Assembly: GCA_016700375.1 (NCBI GenBank)
Contig: CP065016.1
Coordinates: 570,001-602,000 of the forward strand
Source: Candidatus Saccharimonadota bacterium
Lineage (GTDB): Bacteria; Patescibacteriota; Saccharimonadia; Saccharimonadales; UBA4665
Length of the DNA stretch: 32,000 nt
Reading direction: 5' to 3'
Under the pieces are notes generated by a model. The model did not search any database. It saw only the letters and a list, made by a program, of their open reading frames with translations, and had not been told where the DNA came from. How positions within the stretch are numbered: position 1 is the first letter of the stretch; each line of letters begins with the position of its first letter. Positions 18,376 through 25,542 of the stretch are shown piece by piece. Both the position numbers and the translations under genes were made by a program.

Positions 18376-18420
18376 CCCTTCCCCCTACTCACCACCCCAC
18401 CGCCCCAGCCCACCCCCTCC
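18376..18420 (-). other. G-tract-rich (G-quadruplex-capable) element upstream of rplU
   Basis: The minus strand reads GGAGGGGGTGGGCTGGGGCGGTGGGGTGGTGAGTAGGGGGAAGGG, six tracts of three or more G within 45 nt, 65-110 nt upstream of the rplU start. Confidence 0.5.
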
Positions 18421-18456
18421 ACTACACTTTTGTTACGGCCGTAACAAAAGTGTAGT
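18421..18456. repeat. Perfect 36-bp palindrome 8 nt upstream of the PaaX-like gene
   Basis: ACTACACTTTTGTTACGG|CCGTAACAAAAGTGTAGT is an exact reverse-complement pair. The same sequence recurs at 18947-18981. Confidence 0.9.
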
Positions 18457-18464
18457 ATGTAGGT

Positions 18465-18944
18465 ATGTCACAGCCAAAATCAGCAACAGATTTCATCCTA
18501 CGCGGCCTATTCCTTCCTCTTTCGCGGCAAAACCTATTGCTCAGCTTTAAGCCCAGCCAGTTCTTCTACGAACTCTCGCGGGTCAGCGGTTACCCCGAAA
18601 AGACTCTGCGGGACACCATGAGTCGAGCCACTCGCGATGGCTACATTGTCATGGGGGATACTATTCCGCAGCTTACCGCAAAAGGCCTGAAGAAGGTTCA
18701 GCCTTTCGTAGCGGAAAAGCTTCCAGAGAACGGCCAGCTACTCGTTGTTTTTGACATACCAGAAGAACGCAAAATGATGCGACATGAATTCCGGCGGTTG
18801 CTCAAACGCCTCGATTTCCAATACGTCCAGCAGAGCGTCTGGATGACAGATCTCGATCACAGAAAAGTACTAGCTGAAGCGGTAAAGAAACTAGAGCTAA
18901 AAGATTGCGTCAAAGTGTACGAAGCCGCTCCCATAAAACTATAG
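18465..18944 (+). CDS. Small PaaX-family-like regulator: N-terminal winged HTH plus Cas2-like (ferredoxin-fold) domain
   Basis: 159 aa. The N-terminal half has a wHTH-like pattern (FFYELSRVSGYPEKTLRDTMSRATRDGYIV). The C-terminal half, ENGQLLVVFDIPEERKMMRHEFRRLLKRLDFQYVQQSVWM, matches the hallmark of the PaaX central/Cas2-like domain: hydrophobic strand, (F/Y)DIPE, R..R, L...GF, Q.SVW. Confidence 0.6.
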   Translation: MSQPKSATDFILRGLFLPLSRQNLLLSFKPSQFFYELSRVSGYPEKTLRDTMSRATRDGYIVMGDTIPQLTAKGLKKVQPFVAEKLPENGQLLVVFDIPEERKMMRHEFRRLLKRLDFQYVQQSVWMTDLDHRKVLAEAVKKLELKDCVKVYEAAPIKL

Positions 18945-18946
18945 TC

Positions 18947-18981
18947 ACTACACTTTTGTTACGGCCGTAACAAAAGTGTAG
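18947..18981. repeat. Second copy of the palindrome, 3 nt after the stop of the PaaX-like gene
   Basis: CACTACACTTTTGTTACGGCCGTAACAAAAGTGTAG (18946-18981) is identical to 18420-18455. No U-tract follows on either strand. Confidence 0.9.
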
Positions 18982-19220
18982 CAGGCAGAGTGTTGTTTGT
19001 GGACTTGGGTTGTAGAAGCGTGGAAACCGTAAAAGCAGCGAGTCAGTAGCTAGGGTCGCCGGAGTGCTTCCTTTAGATTATCAAGTTCGATGGCACATAG
19101 ACTGGGCACGGGGCAGCAAACTACGACCATTGGAGCCCGCAACTGCCGTATAGGGCTCATAGCATCAGAGCAGTCCAGTGGTTAGGTCCGCTCGATGCTA
19201 TGAACTGTCCTTGGGGGTTT

Positions 19221-22106
19221 CTAGGCCTTTTTGAGCGCGATGGTCAGGCGCAGGCCTTCGATGTTCGCTTCGGTACAAAAAGCGCCTGTGCCGGGCTCTA
19301 CAAAGGCCTGGGTTAACGTTTCTGCCTGAATCGTCCGCTCGTGCTCAGCAAGCGCAGCCATGAGTTCTTTATCTTCCGCAGTCAGCAGCAAGACAATCCT
19401 GTCATCCACCTGCAGCCCAGCCTGCTTACGGGCGTTTTGCACCGCTCGTACTACCTCGCGGGCCATGCCCTCTCTCTTGAGTTCTGGTGTTATATTTTTG
19501 TCAACAGTAACAGCCAGTTTCACTTCATTGACGTGTTTAACTTCTTTCACATTCACTTCATCGGCAATGATTGCCTCGTAGTACTCACCGAGTTTGTCGC
19601 TACCGTATGTCAGGGCTGCTAGGGGCTGTCGAACCTTCACCTGGGGCTCTGTTTCTGTCTTAAACATGCGTGCAGCCAAGCCCTGCTCTATGACACTCCT
19701 GGTCTGTGCCATACGTTCTAGTACTGTCTCGTCTACGGCACCAGGCTCTGGCCAGTCAAGCAAATGCACACTCTCGCCGCCAGTCAGTTTCTGGTACAGT
19801 TCTTCTGCTAGAAACGGCGTAAACGGTGCGAGCAGCAGACTAAGGCGCGCGAGCACATAATGCAAGGTGCGATATGCATCATGCTTGTCGGCATCGTCGT
19901 CGCTTTTCCAAAAACGCCTACGGCTGCGACGGACATACCAGTTGCTGGCATCGTCCAAAAACGGCAAGACGCCACTGAGGGCATCGGGCAAATTATAACC
20001 GTCTAAATCAGTAGTCATTTGTGCTTGCAGTTGATGTAAACGTGACACCACCCATGTATCAAGCGGGTTGGTTAACTCCTTAGAAGGATCTTCGAGCGAG
20101 TCATTCCACTCCCAGCCATCCACCTCGGCATACATTGTAAAAAAGTCATACATGTTCCACACCATCGCCAGTTTGCGCTGGATATCTTGCACATCCTTGT
20201 CTTGCAAGCTAAAGTCTTCACCACTCATAACGGGCGAGCTCAGCAGCAAAAATCGTAGTGCATCGGCACTGTATTCATCCATGAGTATGTTTGGATCGGT
20301 GTAGTTACCATAGCTTTTACTCATTTTGCGGCCATCGTTGCCGGCGAGAGTACCCGTCACGATACAGTTTGAAAACGAGTTCTTCTCGAACAGCCCCACC
20401 GATACGGCGTGTAGGTAGTAAAACCACGCCCGCACCTGACCGACGTATTCGGCTATATAATCACCCGGGAAACTAGCCTCAAACTTCTCTTTGTTCTCAA
20501 ACGGATAGTGGAACTGCGCAAATGGCATGCTACCACTCTCAAACCAACAGTCCATGACCTTGTCGATACGCGTGTAGTGCACACCATCTAGGTCAAACTC
20601 TACGTCATCAATCCATGGGCGGTGGTAATCATCGAGCTCAACACCGCTCAGCTCTTTCAGCTCGGCGTAACTACCCACGACCTTCACGCGCTCCTTCCCG
20701 TCCGCATCCGTGCCCTTCCACACCGGCATAGCGGTAGCCCAGAAGCGGTCGCGGCTGAGGTTCCAGTCCGGCGCACTCTCGACAGTTTTGGCAAAGCGAC
20801 CATGTTTGACATGCCCCGGGAACCAATTGATGTTTTCGTTCTGCTCCAGCATGTCCTGGCGTTGCCCGGCAATGTCCATGAACCAGCTTGGGTGCGCTCG
20901 GTACATGAGCTTCGTACCGCAGCGGTGACAGTGCGGGTATTCGTGGCGAACGTACTCTATTTTGAGCGCCTTGCCTTCAGCCAGCAACGTCTTAGCAATA
21001 TCTTTGTTCACGTCCCATATGTTCTGGCCTTCCCACGCGCCTTCTGTGTAGTTCCCGTTTTCGTCCACAATTGAGACAAGCGGAATGTTGTGCTCTTTAC
21101 ATAGAACGTAGTCTTCCTCACCATATGCAGGGGCTTCATGTACTATTCCCGTACCGTCATCGGCCGTCACAAAGTGGGCGTCAAGCACCCGGTGCGCACC
21201 TTCGCCGCGGTGTTCAAAGAGTGGCTCATAGGCTTTTCCAACCAGTTCTGACCCCTGTATCTTTTTTACAACGTTGTAAGCCAATGGCTGATGCCTCTCG
21301 TCGGTCATCACCCTGGCAATCGCCGCCGTTGCTACATAGAAGCGCTTGCCAGCGTGCTCGAGCAGTGAGTACTCTGTGTCACCCTTTACTGCCACTGCAA
21401 CGTTCGCTGGAAGCGTCCAGGGTGTTGTAGTCCATGCTAAGAGAAACTCGTCAGAATCTGCCAATTTGAAGTACGCGTAGATGCTTGGGTCGGTATCTTG
21501 CTGGTAGCTATTGTCCATTGCCACCTCGGCTTTAGAAATAGGCGTGGCGTCACGCGTGCAGTACATGAGCACCTTTTCGCCTTCATATATTTTGCCCTTT
21601 TCGTACAGTTCCTTAAACGCCCACCAGACCGATTCCATGAATTCTTTATCCATGGTTTTGTATGCACCTTTGAAGTCCACCCAGCGGCCAATCCGGTCGA
21701 TGGTACTTTCCCACAAGTCACCCGTTTGCACCATATTGTCTCGGCACGTGGTAATGTACTCCTCGAGTGATATCTTGGTCCCGATATCTCGCTTATCTTG
21801 TATGCCCAGCTTTTTCTCGGTAAATACTTCAGCCGGCAGGCCATGACAGTCCCAGCCCCAAACGCGTTCAACCCGGCGCCCCTTCATGGTCCAGTAGCGT
21901 GGCACCGCGTCTTTCGCAACGCTAGAAAGCAATGTACCGTGGTGTGGCACGCCCGTGATAAACGGCGGCCCATCGTAAAACACATATGCACCCTCTTTTG
22001 GCCGTTGCTCAACCGACTTCTCGAATGTACGGTTCTCTTTCCAGTACCGCACCAGGTCCTTCTCGTACTCTATAGCCTTCCGCCGTGTATTTGCTTTGAA
22101 TTTCAT
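19221..22106 (-). CDS. ileS: Isoleucyl-tRNA synthetase, eukaryote-like (type 2), paralog 1
   Basis: 961 aa.
- FYDGPPFITGVPHHGTLLSS is the class I HIGH region in the type-2 IleRS context.
- WTTTPWTLPAN and GTGIVHEAPAYGEEDY are the CP1 editing motifs.
- MDCWFESGSMPFAQ and GRKMSKSYGN (KMSKS) are present.
- The start codon overlaps the SGNH stop (ATGA). Confidence 0.9.
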   Translation of the reverse strand: MKFKANTRRKAIEYEKDLVRYWKENRTFEKSVEQRPKEGAYVFYDGPPFITGVPHHGTLLSSVAKDAVPRYWTMKGRRVERVWGWDCHGLPAEVFTEKKLGIQDKRDIGTKISLEEYITTCRDNMVQTGDLWESTIDRIGRWVDFKGAYKTMDKEFMESVWWAFKELYEKGKIYEGEKVLMYCTRDATPISKAEVAMDNSYQQDTDPSIYAYFKLADSDEFLLAWTTTPWTLPANVAVAVKGDTEYSLLEHAGKRFYVATAAIARVMTDERHQPLAYNVVKKIQGSELVGKAYEPLFEHRGEGAHRVLDAHFVTADDGTGIVHEAPAYGEEDYVLCKEHNIPLVSIVDENGNYTEGAWEGQNIWDVNKDIAKTLLAEGKALKIEYVRHEYPHCHRCGTKLMYRAHPSWFMDIAGQRQDMLEQNENINWFPGHVKHGRFAKTVESAPDWNLSRDRFWATAMPVWKGTDADGKERVKVVGSYAELKELSGVELDDYHRPWIDDVEFDLDGVHYTRIDKVMDCWFESGSMPFAQFHYPFENKEKFEASFPGDYIAEYVGQVRAWFYYLHAVSVGLFEKNSFSNCIVTGTLAGNDGRKMSKSYGNYTDPNILMDEYSADALRFLLLSSPVMSGEDFSLQDKDVQDIQRKLAMVWNMYDFFTMYAEVDGWEWNDSLEDPSKELTNPLDTWVVSRLHQLQAQMTTDLDGYNLPDALSGVLPFLDDASNWYVRRSRRRFWKSDDDADKHDAYRTLHYVLARLSLLLAPFTPFLAEELYQKLTGGESVHLLDWPEPGAVDETVLERMAQTRSVIEQGLAARMFKTETEPQVKVRQPLAALTYGSDKLGEYYEAIIADEVNVKEVKHVNEVKLAVTVDKNITPELKREGMAREVVRAVQNARKQAGLQVDDRIVLLLTAEDKELMAALAEHERTIQAETLTQAFVEPGTGAFCTEANIEGLRLTIALKKA

Positions 22107-22696
22107 ATTCCCATCTCCGTTAATTTAGTTTTCATCAGCTTACTCATTTCTTCATGTCCCTCTGGAGAAAAATGCACCCCGTCACTCGAGAGGCTTATCT
22201 CACCCGGAATAATTACTTGTTCGCCGGACCCTTCAAGCAACGCAACCAGCGCCTGCTGTTTCTCTTCGCTGCCCATAAAAGCCTGGCTACGCCTGAAGTT
22301 TGGTGGAGCAATATACATAATGCTTGCAGGCGCAACGTATACATCCTCACTCAGTTGAGCCACCGCGTCTCTGTACCACAATAAGTCATCATATATTTGG
22401 TCTGGCGTGAAGCTGTACTTATCTTTGCAGTCATTTGTGCCAAGTGCGATGATGACGAGGTTAAGCGGCGAAGCTTGCCTGCAGATGACTTCAAATGAGT
22501 CTTTTCCATTTTTACTTTGGTCAGCATGATCGTAGCCGCCCGCAATCCTGCCTGGGAGCCCGGCGGGCTGCACCTCATGGCCATCGCCAAGTTGTTTTTG
22601 AAGCTGGTTCACCCACCGAGCCTGAGCAGAATACCGTTTCAGGTTATCATCCTGCCCCCAAACATTTGAATCGCCATATATTAATATATTTTTCAT
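22103..22696 (-). CDS. SGNH/GDSL-family hydrolase (esterase/lipase-like)
   Basis: All four SGNH blocks are present: block I IYGDSNVWG, block II GLPGR, block III LGTNDC, block V DGVHFSPEGH. ATGA overlaps at both ends couple it to the GNAT and ileS genes. Confidence 0.8.
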   Translation of the reverse strand: MKNILIYGDSNVWGQDDNLKRYSAQARWVNQLQKQLGDGHEVQPAGLPGRIAGGYDHADQSKNGKDSFEVICRQASPLNLVIIALGTNDCKDKYSFTPDQIYDDLLWYRDAVAQLSEDVYVAPASIMYIAPPNFRRSQAFMGSEEKQQALVALLEGSGEQVIIPGEISLSSDGVHFSPEGHEEMSKLMKTKLTEMGI

Positions 22697-23223
22697 ATTC
22701 TGGGCTCCCTTCTCATTTTGATTGATGGCATCTTATCAGCATGCATATAGTCAGATCCTGAAACTTTTTTAAAGCCTTGCTTCTCATAAAACCGCTTGGC
22801 GCGTTCATTGTAATCAACGACCACTAGGTCAACTACCCGTTTCGCGTCCCAAAATGCATCAGCGTGCAGCATCAGCTCTGCAGCAAGGCCTGTCCCTTGG
22901 TACTCACGGGCAATGTACAGCGCACCCAATTCCTGATCTTCCTTGTGGCGAGTCGCATGCACAAACCCAACGACTGCGTCGTTTACAACAGCGACCTCGT
23001 ATAGCTGATCCGGGTCGGCTATAAAGCCTGTTACTAGTTCGCGACTTTCCTTAAGCTTTTCGGGTGAATCCCAGCTTTCCCATCGCTCGCGCACCCATGA
23101 CTCTGGCACACCAGCGTTGTCATTTGGATAGGTGTCGAGCCAAGACGCGGCATGAAACTTACGTATAGCGTAGGTATCGTCGGGTGTCGCGGTACGGATT
23201 GCTGGCTTAGCTTCTTCACTCAT
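22693..23223 (-). CDS. GNAT-family N-acetyltransferase, copy 1
   Basis: 176 aa. It has the acetyl-CoA motif A region (ALYIAREYQGTGLAAELM) and the C-terminal NERAKRFYEKQGF. GGAG lies 6 nt upstream of the ATG. It is the first gene after the T-box leader. Confidence 0.8.
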   Translation of the reverse strand: MSEEAKPAIRTATPDDTYAIRKFHAASWLDTYPNDNAGVPESWVRERWESWDSPEKLKESRELVTGFIADPDQLYEVAVVNDAVVGFVHATRHKEDQELGALYIAREYQGTGLAAELMLHADAFWDAKRVVDLVVVDYNERAKRFYEKQGFKKVSGSDYMHADKMPSIKMRREPRI

Positions 23224-23437
23224 TTTTTCTCCAAATAAAAATCACCTCTTTTAGCTGCCAGATCCCGGGTTATTCGGGAGGTACCATCTGGCTTCCAAAA
23301 GAAGTGATTCTTTTAGCACTTAGTTGCCGGTCTGACGGGCCGAACCGTTGGAATCTACTTTCTGGCTACGGCCAGATTTCTCTCCACTGCTTCGTGGTTG
23401 ATAGCCACTAATCCGGCAAAGCCGAAACGCATTTAAT
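23224..23437 (-). promoter_or_regulatory. T-box riboswitch leader, Ile specifier (AUC), copy 1
   Basis: Minus-strand RNA, 5' to 3':
- Short hairpin GUGG-CUAUCAA-CCAC (23408-23394). AUC followed by A sits in a 7-nt anticodon-loop-like loop.
- Stem II-like helix UCUGGC-CGUA-GCCAGA with a GAGAAA/AAGUAGA (S-turn-like) internal loop.
- Possible IIA/B pseudoknot.
- Stem III: CUAAAAG-AAUCACUU-CUUUUGG.
- Antiterminator: GCCAGA-[UGGUACC]-UCCCG-AAUAACC-CGGGA-UCUGGC (23292-23257). This is the A1 / 7-nt bulge / A2 layout and the conserved UGGNACC.
- CUAAAAGAGGUGAUU then pairs back to AAUCACUUCUUUU and is followed by UUUUUAUUU. Confidence 0.75.
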
Positions 23438-23443
23438 ACTGCA

Positions 23444-23473
23444 AGTATACGCCCTCCCACCCACCTAGCACAA
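23444..23473 (-). promoter_or_regulatory. Candidate promoter of operon 1
   Basis: The minus strand reads TTGTGC (23473-23468), 18 nt, TATACT (23449-23444). The spacer is G-tract rich (GGTGGGTGGGAGGG). Confidence 0.4.
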
Positions 23474-23497
23474 GCTCCACTCTTATCCAACGCAAAA

Positions 23498-24846
23498 TGA
23501 GCCTGAACCGCCTATCAGGTTCTAAAATACTATGAGCCTGAAATATCGACAGCTGGCATAGCATGGGAGGATGACTATTACTATGCAGCAACACACGCTA
23601 CCAACTATTGAAGAACTCAGACAGTTTGTCTCAGGCACTCAGTCACTTGACCTTACAATCGTACATAAGCAAGAGGCTTATGCCTGGTTACAGCAACTGG
23701 TCGTTCGTCTTGACTACCAGCACTTGGGCAAAAAAGACAAAGGCGTCGTTCGAGAATACGCCATAGCCGTCACGGGGTACAGCCGTGCCCAGGTGACTCG
23801 GCTTATTGGACAGTACCTGCGGACTGGCTGTATTGCGCTGGAGCCAGTGAACATGAGAAACCAGTTTGCACTGCGCTACACGCGTGAAGACATTGGGCTG
23901 CTAGCAGAGCTGGATGATGCCCATGATCGGCTCAGTGGCAAAGCGGCAAAAGTTCTAGCCCAACGAGCCTTTGTGACATTTGGCGATGCACGCTACGAAC
24001 GACTTAGCGCAATCTCCGTCAGCCACATATACAATCTACGTGGCACCGTAACATACCGTAACCAAAGCCATACGTTCACCAAAACGCAAGCAACAACAAT
24101 AGCTATTGGCGAGCGCCGCAAACCACGCCCGAACGGTCAACCTGGCTTCATCCGTATAGATACTGTCCACCAGGGAGATAAGGACAAAGAAAAGGGTGTG
24201 TACCACATCAATCTGGTTGATGAAGTTACCCAGTGGGAGGTGGTGGTCGCGGTCGAGAGAATCACTGAGCGTTACATGCTGCCAGCCCTCGAAGCAGCTT
24301 TGGTGCTGTTCCCATTTGTCATTGTAGAATTCCACGCCGACAATGGCTCGGAGTACATCAACAAACAAGTTGCTGCCCTCCTGAAAGCAATGCTCATCAA
24401 GCTCAGTAAGTCTCGAGCCTACCAAAGCGGAGACAATGGATTGGTTGAAACCAAGAATGGTAGCATTATCCGAAAAGCCCTAGGCTATGCGCATATACCC
24501 AGGGAATATGCTCCGGATATTAACAGCTGGTACTGTACGTGGTTTGTGCCCTACCTGAACTTCCACCGACCCTGCGGTTACCGCATAACGAGCGTTGACT
24601 CAAAGACGGGCAAGAGGACACATCGCTACCCAGTCAATGGGTACATGGTACCGTACGAGAAGCTGAAGTCATTGCCAGACGCCAAACAATACCTGAAGAC
24701 AGGCAGCAGTTTTGAGAAACTAGACGAAGTGGCGTATGCTGAAAGTGATACAGCTTGGGCGATAGCCATGAACAAAGCAAAAGACCAGTTGTTGAAGACA
24801 CTATATACAAAACGCTAGCTGTTTGTTTCTGGTAGCTTCAGGCTCA
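23498..24846 (+). mobile_element. IS element copy 1 (DDE/rve-type transposase, TG...CA ends)
   Basis: The inverted repeats AATGAGCCTGAA (23496-23507) and TTCAGGCTCATT (24837-24848) give 5'-TG...CA-3' termini. An extra internal ATGAGCCTGAA lies at 23532-23542. The element encloses a single intact transposase ORF. No flanking target-site duplication was recognised. The near-identical block shared with copy 2 is larger (23345-24868). Confidence 0.7.
23571..24818 (+). CDS. DDE transposase with integrase (rve) catalytic core and N-terminal HTH
   Basis: 415 aa. Candidate D-D-E triad: FIRIDTVHQG, EFHADNGSEYIN and DNGLVETKNGSIIRK, with a spacing typical of retroviral-integrase-type transposases. GGGAGG lies immediately upstream. 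The IS family is not assigned. Confidence 0.8.
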   Translation: MTITMQQHTLPTIEELRQFVSGTQSLDLTIVHKQEAYAWLQQLVVRLDYQHLGKKDKGVVREYAIAVTGYSRAQVTRLIGQYLRTGCIALEPVNMRNQFALRYTREDIGLLAELDDAHDRLSGKAAKVLAQRAFVTFGDARYERLSAISVSHIYNLRGTVTYRNQSHTFTKTQATTIAIGERRKPRPNGQPGFIRIDTVHQGDKDKEKGVYHINLVDEVTQWEVVVAVERITERYMLPALEAALVLFPFVIVEFHADNGSEYINKQVAALLKAMLIKLSKSRAYQSGDNGLVETKNGSIIRKALGYAHIPREYAPDINSWYCTWFVPYLNFHRPCGYRITSVDSKTGKRTHRYPVNGYMVPYEKLKSLPDAKQYLKTGSSFEKLDEVAYAESDTAWAIAMNKAKDQLLKTLYTKR

Positions 24847-24870
24847 TTCTTGGATTGGAATATACTGCCT

Positions 24871-25542
24871 TCAGGCGTTTCGGCAAGTCTCCGCAAATGC
24901 CTTATAGATGAGTGGCCCCGTGTCATCAGACTCTGGATGCCACTGAACGCCGTATATATTCCCATAACTCATAGCTTCAATCACACTGTCATGGGCTTTT
25001 GCGCAAAGCTTAAAATGCAACGGAAGTTTGGCAACTCCTTGATGGTGCCGTGACGCAACAGTAGCCTTATTGCCACGCATTAGACCTAGAAAGTCAGCAC
25101 AAAGGTCAATTTCGTGCTGAACGCCCATGTGCCGAACCGCACCGCCAACTTCTTGGGCAATATCTTGGTAAAGCTCACCACCATAGTGAACTGCCAGCAG
25201 CTGCATGCCATAACAAACACCTAAAATTGGCTTATCCAATGCGCTAAACATATCAATGAGGCTGCGCTCCCAAGCAACTCGCTCCTGAGGTTCAGTCGCC
25301 GTATGAAGCTCATTGCCGCCATACACCTCCGCTGGGATATCTTCACCTCCAGAAATTACTAGACCATCACAAAGTTCAAACGCTTCTTCCGCGCTCATGT
25401 CTGGCGCTAGGATAATAGGTATTGCTCCCGAAGCAGCAATTGCAAGCGTATAATCTCGGCGTAAGTACAGACTAGCCCTCGATGCAGGTAATTTTATGCC
25501 CTCATCAAATGCAGGAGTAACACCAATAACCGGTTTCTTCAT
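24871..25542 (-). CDS. Class I glutamine amidotransferase of the peptidase C26 / gamma-glutamyl hydrolase (PuuD-like) family
   Basis: 223 aa. It has the nucleophile elbow PILGVCYGMQLL, then SRHHQGV and GVQWHPE (the His/Glu of the triad). The ATGA overlap with the ileS-2 stop makes it the last gene of operon 2. Confidence 0.8.
   Translation of the reverse strand: MKKPVIGVTPAFDEGIKLPASRASLYLRRDYTLAIAASGAIPIILAPDMSAEEAFELCDGLVISGGEDIPAEVYGGNELHTATEPQERVAWERSLIDMFSALDKPILGVCYGMQLLAVHYGGELYQDIAQEVGGAVRHMGVQHEIDLCADFLGLMRGNKATVASRHHQGVAKLPLHFKLCAKAHDSVIEAMSYGNIYGVQWHPESDDTGPLIYKAFAETCRNA

Noticed and set aside
19341-22358. Antisense or alternative-frame ORFs over ileS-1 and the SGNH gene (for example 20622..21074+, 21071..21430+, 21437..21871-, 21798..22358+). 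The equivalents over ileS-2 are 27789..28253+ and 26048..26332-.
   Set aside because: They overlap confidently identified, motif-bearing genes and have no recognisable motifs of their own.
24036-24425. A 129-aa ORF antisense to the transposase, with its twin at 30288..30677.
   Set aside because: It lies inside the DDE catalytic core coding region. It is duplicated only because the IS is duplicated.
23349-24866. The 12-nt direct repeats TTGGAATCTACT and TTGGAATATACT as a target-site duplication of the IS.
   Set aside because: They are 138 bp and 8 bp away from the inverted-repeat termini and differ at one base, so they do not abut the element ends. They are kept only as possible recombination end-point markers.
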